From Lama glama (taxonomy: Eukaryota): 64,000 nucleotides of DNA. The notes under the pieces were generated by a model. It was not told where the DNA came from, did no database searches, and saw only the letters and a program-made list of their open reading frames with translations. Position numbers and translations under genes: made by a program. The DNA lies in the NCBI GenBank assembly GCA_028534125.1, contig CM052816.1, positions 92,072,001 to 92,136,000 on the forward strand, written 5' to 3'. Each line of letters opens with the position of its first letter. Within the stretch, counting starts at the first letter, position 1. Shown here piece by piece: positions 37,301 through 50,469 of the stretch.

Positions 37301-40300
37301 GATAGCTAACTGAAGCTATGGTTTCCAAAAATCACTGCAGTGTAATATGACATTATTTTAAATATTCTGGGAATACAACTTATCTTATACAAATGAAATC
37401 AAAGAGCAACCACCTGTCTATTTCCAAGACAGTGTTCATCTTAACGTGAGGTGACCCTTTTACCTTCAAAGGCTTGATTTTCCTAACTCTTCCTGGCAGT
37501 GGAAGTAATTAAGAACTCTCCCCTCTTCCCTTGGCCAGGATTTCTGCCACCAGTTGGCCCCTATTAACTGGTTTGGGTTGCAACATGGAGAAAGTTCTCA
37601 CCCCAAGAGAACCACATATAAACAAGAACTGAAGGTATTACTTGACACGGTAAAAAATGTCTCCTAGTATTATTTTGTGTGAGTTCATGTAACTTTAGTT
37701 AATATTTTGACAATATAGTCTTGAGACAGGTTTGAGATAGATAGACAAATGAACCTGTAGGTATTTAATGATTTTTTCAAATGCTTGATTGATTGAGTCT
37801 GGTTTAAATACGTTTAGTTTTATGTTACTACTTAAATACATTTAGGATTATTAACTTCATCATTATCTTTCGTTAAGCTGTGTGTCTTTGTTCATCTTGG
37901 TCTGAATTTTCTTCGGAAAGCAGACTCCAAACTAGCAGTACTGGAGGCTTACTATATAGTAGAGACAAGAGGTCAGCAAGCCGGGTCTAAGACTTGCAGA
38001 ATTCTCAGACTTTACCCCTAGATTTCAATTCCACATCTCAAGCAAAACTCCTTGATCTGCTGCCTGCTCCCTCACCCTCCCCATCGCCAAACACACAACC
38101 TCTAGAGGCCAGAAAACCACAGGTATCAAAATATTGCTATGGCTGAGAACATAGCTGGGTCAGCAGGAGCTGGGAGCAGCCTCTTCTCCAACAGAGCAGA
38201 GAGGAGAGAGATCAAAGACCCTGCAACATCCAAGCTGAGGTTCCCACTAGAGGGTTTCCTGCACATAACCTCCTTGTTTTAAAGTAACTCACCTAAGACT
38301 TGTAAAATACCATTGCTTTTCCTACACTGCTTCTCTGAATATGAGGAACAAAACAGTGATCTTCAAAGAAAGAAATGGGAAATGGTTCAATAAAGATAAA
38401 TTTCCTTTAACAGACACACTTTGGGCAGTTAACAGGGCTTGGGATTGTTGTTATGAAAACTTCTTTTGGGGGAAGCAAATATGTTGGATTACTAGTATTT
38501 TAAGTCTTCGTCATCCCCCAACCCCAGGAAACTCCCTGGGGAGGGAGGGGAGGGGGGAGGATTGAGTATCCCAATGCATGTTTGCCATGCTACCATGGGC
38601 AGCCCACCTCTGGGTTTTCTGATATCCGCAGATTTCAAAACACTAGCCGACTTTGCAGCACAGTTTCATTTTCTCATGTGTTGCTTTTTTCAAACCTAAA
38701 AGTTTAGAATATAAGATTGAAAGAAAGAAGTAACTACAATCAGGAATGAAACACTCCCTGCTAAAGGTCACTGACTTCCCTTTGCAAAATAGAATGGGCA
38801 CAGTCTCACTGATTTTTGCAAGGAAATTGATGTTTATTTTTTCAGTCTGATGTGTTCCCTGCATGTTTAGCTATTGCGGTGATGACTGCACTCACCAGTG
38901 AAAAGGGCTTGCTCTTTGGGATATCAAAATAAAGCAATTTTTCAAGAGGTGGGTGGGGTTAATATGGTTTGTCCTAAAACTGATACTCCCAACACTTTCT
39001 ATCTGCCAACATCTGCATGTGTTCAGGGTTCCTTTCAAACAAAGAGATTTCTGATTTTAAACCTGGATTGTTATTGCCAAGACTGATACAAAAGGATGCT
39101 TGTTTTTATCTGTATATTAGTTTTTTAAAATAAGCATTTCCAAAGGGAAATCTATTTGTGATTCATAATGTGCTTCACTATGACAAATATGTAGTATTTA
39201 GAAAATTCTATTTTAAAAGCTCATTAAAATAAATTATTCATTGTACTTCTTTCATCCCTTATTCCATCCACTCCTTTAAGAGAGTGAGTGTTAGTCAGAA
39301 GAGAAAAGTAATCACATTTCAATTAGAAGGGTCTCAAAGCAAGATTACCACCATTATATTTACACACAGAACCTCCTTCAGAAAGAGTGTTTGTTTGATG
39401 AGTATATTTAAATATCAGTTGTTTTATTAGCAGGCTGCTCTCTTTGCTCTAATTTGTGTGTCCCTTTACTTTCTTTAGGTCACACAAGGGGTCAGTATAA
39501 GAACATCATTATAATTTAAATAATCCCTTGCTCTTTAGCCTATTTCAAATGCAATAAACCTGCCTTCTTTCTTTCCTTAAATATGAAGAGTCATTAGATG
39601 ATGGTCCCACCACATGGGTAGTAACTATAAAATAGTGGGCACGATTTCTTTAAATCATACAAGAAAGTAGTTCCACAACTTGATTATGATGACACATTCT
39701 TACTAAGTATCCAAGGAGAATACAAAATGGAAAGATAAAAACCAGAAACAAAAATTTCAAATTAACACTAATTTTCAAATGGGCTATTTTACAGGTGTTA
39801 GTTTTTGCAGAATCCATGAATGTAACAGGAAGAGGAGACCAATCGTCCCAAAGCAGGAGAAACATATGGCATATAACAATGGCAGTCAGTGATTATCATT
39901 TCTCATGAGCTTGTGTCTGCAGTCATTTTATAAGTCTTAGCAGTATAAGCTAATCTGTAATAAGGGAACTTCAAGGTCAAGAGCTTAATTGCTTAGATGG
40001 TCCATTAGTTAGCAACATACAATGTTGTCTTCCTTTTCTGACATTTTTTAGCAGACCTACGGCATCCTCAGTTCCCTGTCATGAAAGCAAATTCGTGTCT
40101 ATCCTTTCTCAGAGGTGAATAAAATTATCTTAAAAAAAATTCCTGAACCTAACTGCCTCTAGTGCACTGGCATGAAAGGAAACTGGTCATTAAAAGCCAA
40201 TTTCTTGGGGCAGAAGGTCTCTGCTGAAATAGCTCCCCTCTCTGGGTCACCTCAATTAAAGGTTCATTTCTCTGCAATACACCTAGCAGGCAATAATCCA

Positions 40301-40734
40301 CTCTGGTTTGTAAATTGATGTAAATCTGAATCGATGGTCCTACTTCCTGTGTTCAGAAAAAGGTCAGGGGGACAATTACAATGGCAGCCAACTTTGTCAA
40401 ATCTTTTCATCTTTGGCAAGAAGTCTGAAGTAAATGTTAATTGGGAAAATATAAAGCCTGACATGTAGTCTTCCAAGACATCTAGTTTCAAGACAAGTTC
40501 CTTATTGACAAGGGAAGTCTTTTTGAAACTGGTTGCCTCTGCCCTCCCAGTTCTCAGAGGCTCTTACGGGAATGCGTAATAGTAATTCAAAGGAGGAACT
40601 GCGATGTCCCACTAATGTGCGGAGTATCCATGCCAGCTTCTAGCCCAGCTGAAGGGTCACTTTGGCAAGAATATACCTCAGTTCTCAGACGGCACAGATT
40701 TTGGTCCAAGTTCCCATTATATTGTTAAAAGGGG

Positions 40735-43700
40735 GAGAAGGGTAATGTCAGCAAGATGGCAGACTAAGAAGTTCCAGGCCCTCGTTCCCCCATGGAAACA
40801 TTAAACAAACAACTAGAAACTGACCAAAATAACTTCATAGGTGCTCTGGAAATCAGTTAAAGACCTACAGCAACCAAACAAATGCCCAGTTAAGAAAAAG
40901 TCACATTCAAATGGTAGAAAGCTTCATGGAATTTTATTTGCCCTTTCTCCTCCTACCTGATGTGGCACAGCAGTTTGGCGGAAGCAGTGACTTGATCCCC
41001 ATTTACCTTATGCAAGCCAGAGAGAGCACAGAGGAGTGAATTTTCAGTGTTCTAACCTGTCCACATGCTGCCTGAGATACTGGTCTCTGAGTAACTAACT
41101 TTCAGTTCAGAGGCTCAAATCATCTAAGATTTCAAACTAAGGGAATCTGTGGGAAGTATCAGGCATAGCTTAAGAAATCTACCAACACATAGATGCCTAT
41201 GGCAAGAGATTTCTGACTGAGGAACTAAATAGAACAGCTAACGTCCCAAGAAGAAACAGAATTGAGACTCTAAGGGAACTCAAGACATTTAAAGCAGCTG
41301 TATATATGAGGAAATTGGAAAAAACACACACATACAAACCCAGAAAAGATGGACATCATGAAACGGTTTAAGAAGACCTTAAGTATTTATGCTGGGCTGA
41401 TTAGTGAAGGTTTATCTCCTCACAGGACAGTCTGCAAAAACTGGGAGAGGTAGCTAGTTTTTCAAATGCCCAATTAAAAAAAAATGTCACAAGGCATACA
41501 GAGAAACAGGAAAACATGGCTCAATCAAAGGGACAAAATAAATCTACAGAAACGTCTTCGAAAAAAAAGAAGCCATTAGATACACTTGACAAAGAATTTA
41601 AAACAGCTACCTCACGGATGCTCAAGGCGCTAAAGGAAAACATGAACGAAGAGCTAAAGGAAATCAGGAAAATGATATATAAACAATATGAGAATGTCAA
41701 CCAAGACAGATGTTACAAAATACCAAGCAGAAATTCTGCAGTTGAAAAATCTTCCACAGAGATTCAGCAGAAGACTTGAATAGACAGAAGGATCGATAGA
41801 CTTGAAGACAGTTAATTTAAAATTACTGAGTCCAGGGAGCAAAGAGGAGAAAGAATGAAGAAAAAAATGAAGAAAGCCTGAAGGACTTATGGGGCCATCC
41901 AACAGACCAACAGACACATTATGGATGGAGGGTGGGAGAGAGGAGCCCCAGAAGGAGACGAGAGAAAGAGGCTGAGAACTTATGTGAAGAAAGAACGGCC
42001 AAAAGCTTCCCAAATTTCAGGAAATACATGGCTATACAAATAAAACAGGCTCAACAAACTCCAAAGAGGACAAGCACAAAGAGAGTCACCCTGAGATACA
42101 TTATGATCGAAGTGTTCAGTGCCAAAGACAGATATAGAGTCTTGAAAGCAGCAAGAGAGAAGCAAATGGTCACATAGGAGGACTTCTCAGAAACGTTACC
42201 CGTGTATTTCTCAGCAGGAATCCCACAGGACAGAAGGCAGTGGAAAGATGTATTTCAAGAGGCAGAAGGAAAACAAGTCTGAGAAGTCTGTGTCTGGCAA
42301 AACTGTCCTTGGATGAAATGAAAAGTTGGTTCTTTGAAAACATTAACAAAATTGACACACCTTGAACTATACTGGCTATGAAAAAAGAGAAAAGACTCAA
42401 ATTACTAAAATCAGAAATAAATGTGGGGACATTGCTACTGAGTTTCCAGCGGGGGGAAAGGGATTATAAAAGAGTACCACAAACAACTGTAAGCCAACAG
42501 GTTGTATAATTTGAATGAAATGGACACATTTCTGGAAGCAAAATCTACCAAAACTAAATCATGAGGAAATAGACCTGTACTCATTAGGTGATTGAATTAG
42601 CATCAAAAATCTCCCAAGAAAAGCCCAGTACCAGATGGCCTCACCAATGAATTCTACCAAACGTTTAAAACAAAATTAATATCAATTCTTCTTAAATTTC
42701 CAAAAAAAAATAAAGAGGAGAGAACACTTCCATATCATTATATGAGGTCAGCATTACACGGGTACCAAAGCCAGTATTTGATACAAAAATATTCAACAAA
42801 ATAATTAAAAACATGAATTCAGTAGCATAGTAAAAGAATTATACACCAAGGCCAACTGGAATGATTCAACATATGAAAATCAATCAATGCATTACATCAT
42901 ATTAACAGAGTAAGGAAAAAATAATCATTTCAATTGATGCAGAAAAGGCATCATAAAATTCAACAACTTTTCATGATTAAAAAAAGTACTCAAAAAACTA
43001 AAATTATAAAGAAATTACATCAACATAATAAAGGCTATACATGAAAAACCCACAGATCACATCATAAACAACAATGAAAGACTAAAAGCTTTTCCACTAA
43101 GATGCGTGACAAAACAGTGATGCCCACTTCCACCACTTCTACTTAACATAATATTGCAAATTCCAGCCAGAGAAATGAGCAACAAAAAGCAAAAGAAAGG
43201 CAGCCAAACTAGAAAGAGAGAAATAAAATTATCCCTGTTTACAAATAACATGATCTTATATGTAGAAAACCCTAAAGTCTACAATATAACTGTTACAGCT
43301 AATAAACAGATTCAGCAAAATTTCAACATGCAAATCAACACACATCACTTGCCTTTCTATACACTAACATCGAGCAATCCAAAAAGAAAATTAAGAAAAC
43401 AGTTCCATTACAATAGCATCAAAAAGAATAAAATACTTAACTACACATTAACCAAAAAGGCAAAAAAAAAATTGTACACTGAAAACTGCAAAACATCACT
43501 GAAAGAAATTTGAAAAGACATAAATAAATGGAAAAACATCTGTGTTCATGGATTGAAAGACTTTATATCATTAAGGTGAAATATTACTCTCTGAAATCGA
43601 CTGATTCAATGCACTATCAATAAAAATTCCAATAACATTTTTGCAGAAATTAAAAAACCAATCCTAAAATGCATACAGAATCTCAAGGGAGCTAGAATAA

Positions 43701-45080
43701 CCAAAATAATGTTGAAAAAAATGAACAAAGTTGGAGGTCTCATACTTTCTGATTTCAAAACTTGTTACATATATACAGCAAACGTAACTGTGTAGTACTG
43801 GCATAAGGACACACATATAGTCTAATGGAATAGAATAGAGAGCCCAGAAATAAATACTCGTATGTATGGTCAAGTGATATTTGAGTAGGGTACTTCCCCA
43901 TCCGATGAAGAAAGGGTAGTCTTTTCAACAAACGGTGCTAGGAAAACCGGATATCTATATGCAAAAGGATAAAGTTGGACCCTTACAAAAATTAACTCAA
44001 AATGGATTAATGCCTTAAATGTAAAGACTGAAACTGTCAAACTCCTGGTAGAACACATAGGAGAATTTCTTTAAGTTTCTAAACATTGATCTTGGCAGTG
44101 ATTTTTCAGACATGAAACCAAAAGCACAAGAAACAAAAGAAAAAAATAGATAAGCTGGACTTCATCAAAATGAAAATATTTTGTGTATCAAAGACTACAA
44201 GAGTGAAAAGACAACCCATAGAATAGGAGACAACACTTGCAAATCATATATCCGATGAGTGTTTAATATCCAGCTTATATAAAGAATTCCTACAACTCAA
44301 TAACAACAACAAAAATCCAGTTAAAAAATGGACAATGAACTTGAATGTTTCTCCAAAGAAGATATGCAAATGGTCAATAAGGACATTTAAAAGTTGTTTG
44401 ACATAACTAATTGTAAGGGAAATGCAAATTGAAAGCACAATGAGATACCACTTCGCTCCCATTAGAATGGCTATTTTAAAACAAACAAACAAAAAATAAC
44501 AAGTATTGGCAAGATATAGAGAAATCAAAATCTTTGTGCACTGTTGGTGGGAATGTGCCATGGTGCAGCTGCGATGGAAAAGAGTTTGGTGGCTCCTCGA
44601 GGAACTAAACATAGAATTGCCATGTGATCTACCAATTCCACTTCCAGGTATATACCCAAAGGAATTGAAAGCAGGGATACAAACATTCTTTTACACCAAT
44701 GTTCATTGCAGCATTATTTACAATAGCCAGAAAGTGGAAACAATTCAACTGTCCATCAACAGATGAATGGATAAACAAAATGTGGTATATACACACGGTG
44801 GAATGAGGTTCTGATATATGCTATAATTTGGATGAATTTTGAAAACATTTTGCATAAAATAAGCCAGACAGATAATGTATGATTGCTCTTATATGACGTA
44901 TCAAGAAAAGGCAAATTTATAAATAGAGAACGTATATTAGAAATCACCAGAGGAAAGAGAAATAGGAGTTATTGCTTAATGGATACAGAGTTTCTGTTTA
45001 GAATGAAGAATTTTTGGAAATAAATAGCGGTGATGGTTTTGCAATGTTGAGAATGTAATTAATTCCACTTAAACAATACA
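40735..45080 (+). mobile_element. Decayed L1 (L1MB-like) with 5'UTR, ORF1, partial ORF2 and 3'UTR; endonuclease region missing
   Basis: YY1-type caagatggc near the 5' end; ORF1 remnants (LKALKENMNEELKEIRKMIY, RVLKAAREK); ORF2 remnants (SWFFE, IDAEKA, KAFPLR, LFTNNMILYVENP, CWWEC); many stops and frameshifts. Confidence 0.93.
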
Positions 45081-45089
45081 TGCCCCAAG

Positions 45090-45832
45090 GACCATGTCCC
45101 AGAAGGATGCCAACGGCAAACCTGTTCTAACAAGGCCTAAAATCAGACCTTAACACTGTTTGCAAAAAAAGGAAGAGTTTGAATTTTAAGTCTTACCAAG
45201 TTAGAATGGGTTGGAAAACACTTTTTTTTCTTTTTATAGATCTTCCCTAATGAAGCATAATGCGAAGCCAATCCAAGTTCAAAGTTAATCAATCAATAAG
45301 TGGTCCACTCAACAGAGCAAACATCCATCTTCTTCAGAGGACAGCCATGGACTCCGAGGTCCTGCAGTGCAGCACCTGCATGTCTACTACACAGTAAAAA
45401 CTACTGGGCTTCCAAAAACATGGGGAGGATAAGCATGAGCCATAGTCAAGGAAAAAGCAGTCAGTAAAAATAAATACAAAAATGGATCAGATACTGGACT
45501 TAGCAGACAAAACTTGAAAGCACCTATTATTGGTAGGTTTTAAAAACTAAAGGAAAATATGCTCAAACAATTGAAGAAAACATGGTCTTACTGAGTCAGC
45601 AAATAATCTCAGCCAAAAAAAGAAAAAAAAAGGAAATTATGAAAAAGAACCAAATGGAAATTATAGAATGGAGCAAGTAAAAGGGATAAATGTTTTAATT
45701 TACTAGATGGGCTCAACAGCAGATTGGAGATAGCAGAAGAGTCAATGAACATTAAGTAGAAATTACATTATCTGAAGGACACAGAATATTGAAGAAAAGG
45801 AACAGCCCCTGGGGACCTGGGGGGCAATATCT
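45090..45832 (+). mobile_element. Older L1M 5'UTR/ORF1 fragment
   Basis: ggatcagatactggacttagcagacaaaac...aaaagaaccaaatggaaattatagaa...gatgggctcaacagcagattggagatagcagaaga. Confidence 0.8.
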
Positions 45833-46232
45833 ATGATAGATACAAAGATGTGCTGCCCAGATTCCCTTTCAAGGAAGGCCTTTCAATCCAACTGTAGGAA
45901 ACACAGCTGACATACAGTCTCCAGCTCTCAGGTCCTTCAAGGCCTGTCTGATCTACCACAAGCTGTTTTGTCCAGTATCATCTTGGGCAGATTGCACCTA
46001 GTGATCGACGAAGCAGAGGTAACGATGACCCAGTCATGTCAGCCTAACATGGGCAATATTAGAGCTCCAGAGCTTCCTACGGTTTGGGCCATGTTTGTCG
46101 GCCTTCATCACAGTTCAGCTTCTTCTCTGCCCAACTGAATTTCTCTCTTCCTTTCACATGGATCAATCCCTAAGAAACATTTTGTGTCTCAAATCCTCTC
46201 AGCATCTGCTTTCAGAGGACTCAACCCTGAGA
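45833..46232 (+). mobile_element. ERVL LTR (LTR16-like)
   Basis: gtgctgcccagattccctttcaagga...catcacagttcagcttcttctctgccca...ctcagcatctgctttcagaggactcaaccctgaga. Confidence 0.8.
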
Positions 46233-47340
46233 GCATTTATACTGACAGTATTCTGTGAAGGCAGTTGATAAGATGAGATACCGGAGGTGAATCATTCACT
46301 GCTCAGGTAGCAAAGAGAATCTTGAACTGATGTTCGGTGGAGGACAGACAGCCCAGGATGCAAGGGCGGTTGGCTCAAATGTTGAACCTTCACTAGTAGT
46401 AAATTGGGATGTTCTGCTATTGGAAGGAAAGTGCATGAAAGGATGCAATGCCTCAGGCTTTTCAGATTCACAGAGGAAAAAGTAGATAAAAAGAACAGAT
46501 CAGATGCCTATTGCTTAGTGGCATTGATAGTCCATAGACATACAACCAACTACTTGGTTACTAGTGGGGAGGGGAAATATAGGGAGAGGGAAGTAAGAGA
46601 TACAAACTACTATGTATAAAATAAGCTACAAGAATATATTGTACAGCACGGGGAATATAGCCAATAATTTATAATAACAGTAAATGGAGTATAGCCCTTA
46701 AAGTTTTGAATCACTATACTGAACACCTGTGACTTATAGAATATTGCACAGCACTATACTTCTATTAAAAAGAAATACAGCCAGCTGCGGAGGGACTGGA
46801 ACAGGCAAGGAAGGCCTATCACAAAGCTTCTATCTCATCAGCAGTGGGGCAGAGAAAACGGGATCAGGAGCAGGAATGAAGAGTTCAAATGGCTGAACGT
46901 TAAAGAATTTTAGACACCAAGCTCTGGTACCTCCGGTAAGCCAAGGCTAGGGCTCTGGTTATGAAAACCTTGAGATTCTGACACGTGGGATGGGCACATC
47001 TAGTGGGTATCCCCAAAGATTTTGACTCTCTGAACTCCTCTGAAACTTCTGAATAGGCATGAATTATTCAGTGTTCCTGGTAAGAGTTAGCACTCCATCC
47101 TATACTGAATGATGATGCAGAGGCCTCTCCCCTTCAACAGGTGTTCCGCTCAGAATCTGCCTCTTCCTTACATTTTGGCCATTAAGCTTATAGGTTTAAA
47201 TCACAGAAGAGCTTGGCTATGAACTTACTGAGCCTGATAAAGGAACACATGGACTATATTCAAAGAAGTTAGAAGATTTATGCAGCCTGTACTGGGACTA
47301 TGTGTGGGACTGGATTCTGAGGATGCTAAATATGACTATG
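46233..47340 (+). mobile_element. ERVL internal (gag-region) remnant, ERV3-16A3-like, with an L1 insertion
   Basis: Follows the LTR16-like LTR directly; gccaaggctagggctctggtt...gacacgtgggatgggcacatctagtggg and tgtgtgggactggattctgaggatgct resemble ERVL gag remnants. Confidence 0.65.
46548..46770 (+). mobile_element. L1 3' end with TSD
   Basis: ggttactagtggggag...tacaaactactatgtataaaataagctacaag...; TSD agacatacaacc (46536-46547) / agaaatacagcc (46771-46782). Confidence 0.9.
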
Positions 47341-47625
47341 AGGTCACATTTAACAAGGTCACAACATACAAGGGCAAAAATCAAGTAAGTTTCTAGATAT
47401 TAGACCAAAATGATTTCTAAATGAAATAAAAAAGCAATTGTTTCCCACCCACCTCCTTGAGACCTGATGCAGAAGCACCAAATTCTCAAGGTTTGCTTAA
47501 CCCAAGAGTTTTGTTTTGTTGAAGCTGTTTGCTTAGCCACTTCACCCACCACAACTGACCCAAAAAAGAGGCAGAAGAAATAAGTTAAGGAAGATGTGGA
47601 GTAGAGCAGCAACAAAAAGATTTTT

Positions 47626-47699
47626 CTTTTTAAAATGTTTTGAAGTATAGTTGATTTACAATGTTGTGTTAGTTTCAGGCATATAGCAAAGTGATTCAG

Positions 47700-47738
<39 letters not shown>

Positions 47739-47852
47739 TAGATATTCTTTTTCATATACTTTTCCATTATAGGTTATTACAAGATATTGAATATAGTTAC
47801 CTGTATGTGCAGTAGGTCCTTGTTTATCTATTTTATATATAGTAGTGTTATC
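47626..47852 (-). mobile_element. L1 3' end with internal (TA)n
   Basis: tgaagtatagttgatttacaatgttgtgttagtttcagg...; TSD core aagattttt at 47617-47625 and 47857-47865. Confidence 0.9.
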
Positions 47853-48416
47853 AAACAAGATTTTTATAAAGTTTTGTTGAGTAAAGTATGAAATAACTCT
47901 CCTCTTGATAATTGCTATGAAACCTTAAAAAGCTACATTAATAATAAAAAGGCTTCAGAGTAAATTTATAAGGTTTTTTTTTAATTGTTAATGTGCAAAA
48001 TGAGAAAGTCCACAAGGTAGGACAGAAAATATAAAGCCTGACCTAAAGAGGAATATGTACTTTTAGATAATAGGTCAGAAGCCAAACTATTTCCCTGTCT
48101 TATCCTTTGATTAGAACTGTTTGGGCTTCCACTGCAATTCCAGTAGTCACAGCTCGTGCCCATGAATTCAGTTCCCCTCTCTCTCTCTGACCATCCCCCC
48201 TGGATTGGGATGCTCTTCCTTACTCTGACACCCTCTCAGTGTCCTCTGGCAGAAGCACCCAAATCACCTGATCAGACCCTCCCATGTCTTACCACTTGGC
48301 ACCGGGGGCATCCCTCTGCCACATCTTGCCATTGTTTTCATCCTCTGAGTTTTATCAAGGCTGTGATAGATGTAGGGTTTCTGCCTGACTAGTCATCCTT
48401 TGGAAAAACAAATAAC

Positions 48417-48789
48417 TGCTATGGGCCAAACTGAGTCCCCCTCAAAATTCATATGTGGAGATCCTAACCCCTAATGTGATTATATTTATAGACAGGACCT
48501 TCAAAGAAGTAATAAAGGTTAAAAGAGGTCATATGTTGGGACCCTAATCCAATAGGGCTGATGTCCTTATATGAAGAAGAAAAGACATGAGACACATGTA
48601 CAAAAGGAAAAAGGCCATGAGGACACAGCGAGAAGACAGCCGTCTGCAAGCCAAGGACAGAGGTCTCAGGAGAAAATAAACCTGCCCACACTTTGATCTT
48701 GGACTTCCAGTCTCTGTGGAAAAATAAATTTCTGTTGTGTAGGCCACTCATTCTGTGGTGTTTTGTTATAGTTTGAGCAAAGTAACACA
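48417..48789 (+). mobile_element. MaLR solo LTR (MLT1A/B-like)
   Basis: tgctatggg...ccctcaaaattcatatgt...ccctaatccaata...gaggacacagcgagaag...gatcttggacttccag...aataaatttctgttg. Confidence 0.92.
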
Positions 48790-49290
48790 CAGCTCTGCCC
48801 CTACGGTTCAGGTAGGAATGATCCTCAACTCACCCCTGTAATTCCAATTGTGGATGGGTGTCCCATGCCTATCCAATCATAAAGTTCCTCCCCCAGGACT
48901 TAGAGATTGGTTCAGGGTGGAGCATTCCCCCCAAGCCAGGCCAATCAGAGTGAGTCTCGGGTTGGGTGATGGAATTCTGGGCAAATGGGACCTCTTTTCT
49001 CCTCTGAGGTTGCGTAACTGATGGAACGTAAGCCTGCGGCTGCTGGGATTCATCTTGCCACTATGAAGGAAAGAGCTGTTTGAGAATGAAACCAAGACGG
49101 GAAAAGCAGGGCCAGGAGATGGAGAGAGACAGGTTTCAGATGTCACTGTGTGAGCACCTGGCTTTGGCCTCGCCTGATAATATCCACCCTAGACCTGGTG
49201 TTGTGTGAGCCAGCAAATCCCCTCTGTGATTAAGACACGTGGGATTAAGTTTCTTTCATTCACAACTTAAAAAAATCCTAACAAAAGCAG
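48790..49290 (+). mobile_element. Older MaLR LTR (MLT1K/L-like)
   Basis: gattggttcagggtggagca...ccaagccaggccaatcagagtga...tgtgagccagcaaatccc...aaatcctaac. Confidence 0.8.
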
Positions 49291-50469
49291 GAGCCTGAGT
49301 CTTATCTTACTATGTAAATGTTTAACTATGATTTGGTATCTTATCTTCTAGATAAGCAGCAATATGTTGTTTAAATAGATCGAGCAATTGCATGCATTTA
49401 AGTAAAAGAAAATTTATTTAAAACTTACCCTAGACTTTTTATTTTTAAAATCCCTCATAGAATACCAAGTGTTTTGCTTAAAATAGAATACAACTATCTT
49501 ATTCATGAAAACACTCTAAACACTCATTCTAAAGATGAGGTGCTCGATTTCCCAGAAATCCTCTGATCACATGTCAGAGTTCATCAGCTTCCAGCACCAC
49601 CTTTCTTGCAGCTGCTTCCTCTGAGCGGTGTACAAAAGGGTGCGGCCGCTCGGTTTTCTGAAAGGAAATGTCAAAGATGAGCTAAGATTGCAGACTAAAA
49701 CCATCATCATTCCTCTCTTACTGGTGACTTAACCAGCCAGATGTTACTTCCTAGTAAAGTGGAGGTGTTCATTTTCCTATTTTAAGAAAGAAATTTCACT
49801 TGGATTGACTGGAAACAAAGAAGGGACACACTTTCAGGAAAATGCCTCCGGATGGCAATTAGATGTGATTCTCCTCATCCTTCCCAGGGTGGAATGAACA
49901 TGTTTCTTGAAGGAGGTAGATGTTGGTGGACACCTTTTACTCTCAACTCTGCAACATTTTGTGAGTATATATGTAGAGTCTTCTCTGAATATAGAGCAAA
50001 CACCCCTTTGACACATAGTATCTGATTCCCTAGACTTTCCCAAAACGGACCTTTAAGCAGGAGTGCTTCATCTAGAAGAAAGCCCATGGAAGTATAGACT
50101 TTCTCAAACAAGGAACAGTTTGTGTTATTAAAAAATTTATTTACACCAAAATATGTCAATCTTAAATACATAAAGAATACTGACATGAACAGGATATATT
50201 ACCAATTGGAGAGTGAATCCTTAAGTGCCTAGGTCTGTACTATTATATTTAAATTGTTACATAATATATTTTGTAAAACCAAACTGGAATGAAAGAATTA
50301 GGTGTATCTAATTCATTTATATCTGAAAACCTATTCAGCTACTCTCCTTTTATGTCTAATATCCATCTCAAACTTACATCAGAAATTGAACTCCAGATTC
50401 TCTCTGGCAAAAAAGAAAAAAAGAACAGAACTTCCGTTCTTCCTTATCTCAGTAAATAAAAAATAACAC

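Noticed and set aside
41516..44947. ORFs resembling L1 ORF1p and ORF2p
   Set aside because: Real L1 homology but broken by stops and frameshifts with the EN region missing; reported as a dead mobile element, not a CDS.
49838..49966. Possible exon ending in a gtgagt donor
   Set aside because: Ambiguous acceptors, weak exonic donor bases and an unrecognisable peptide.
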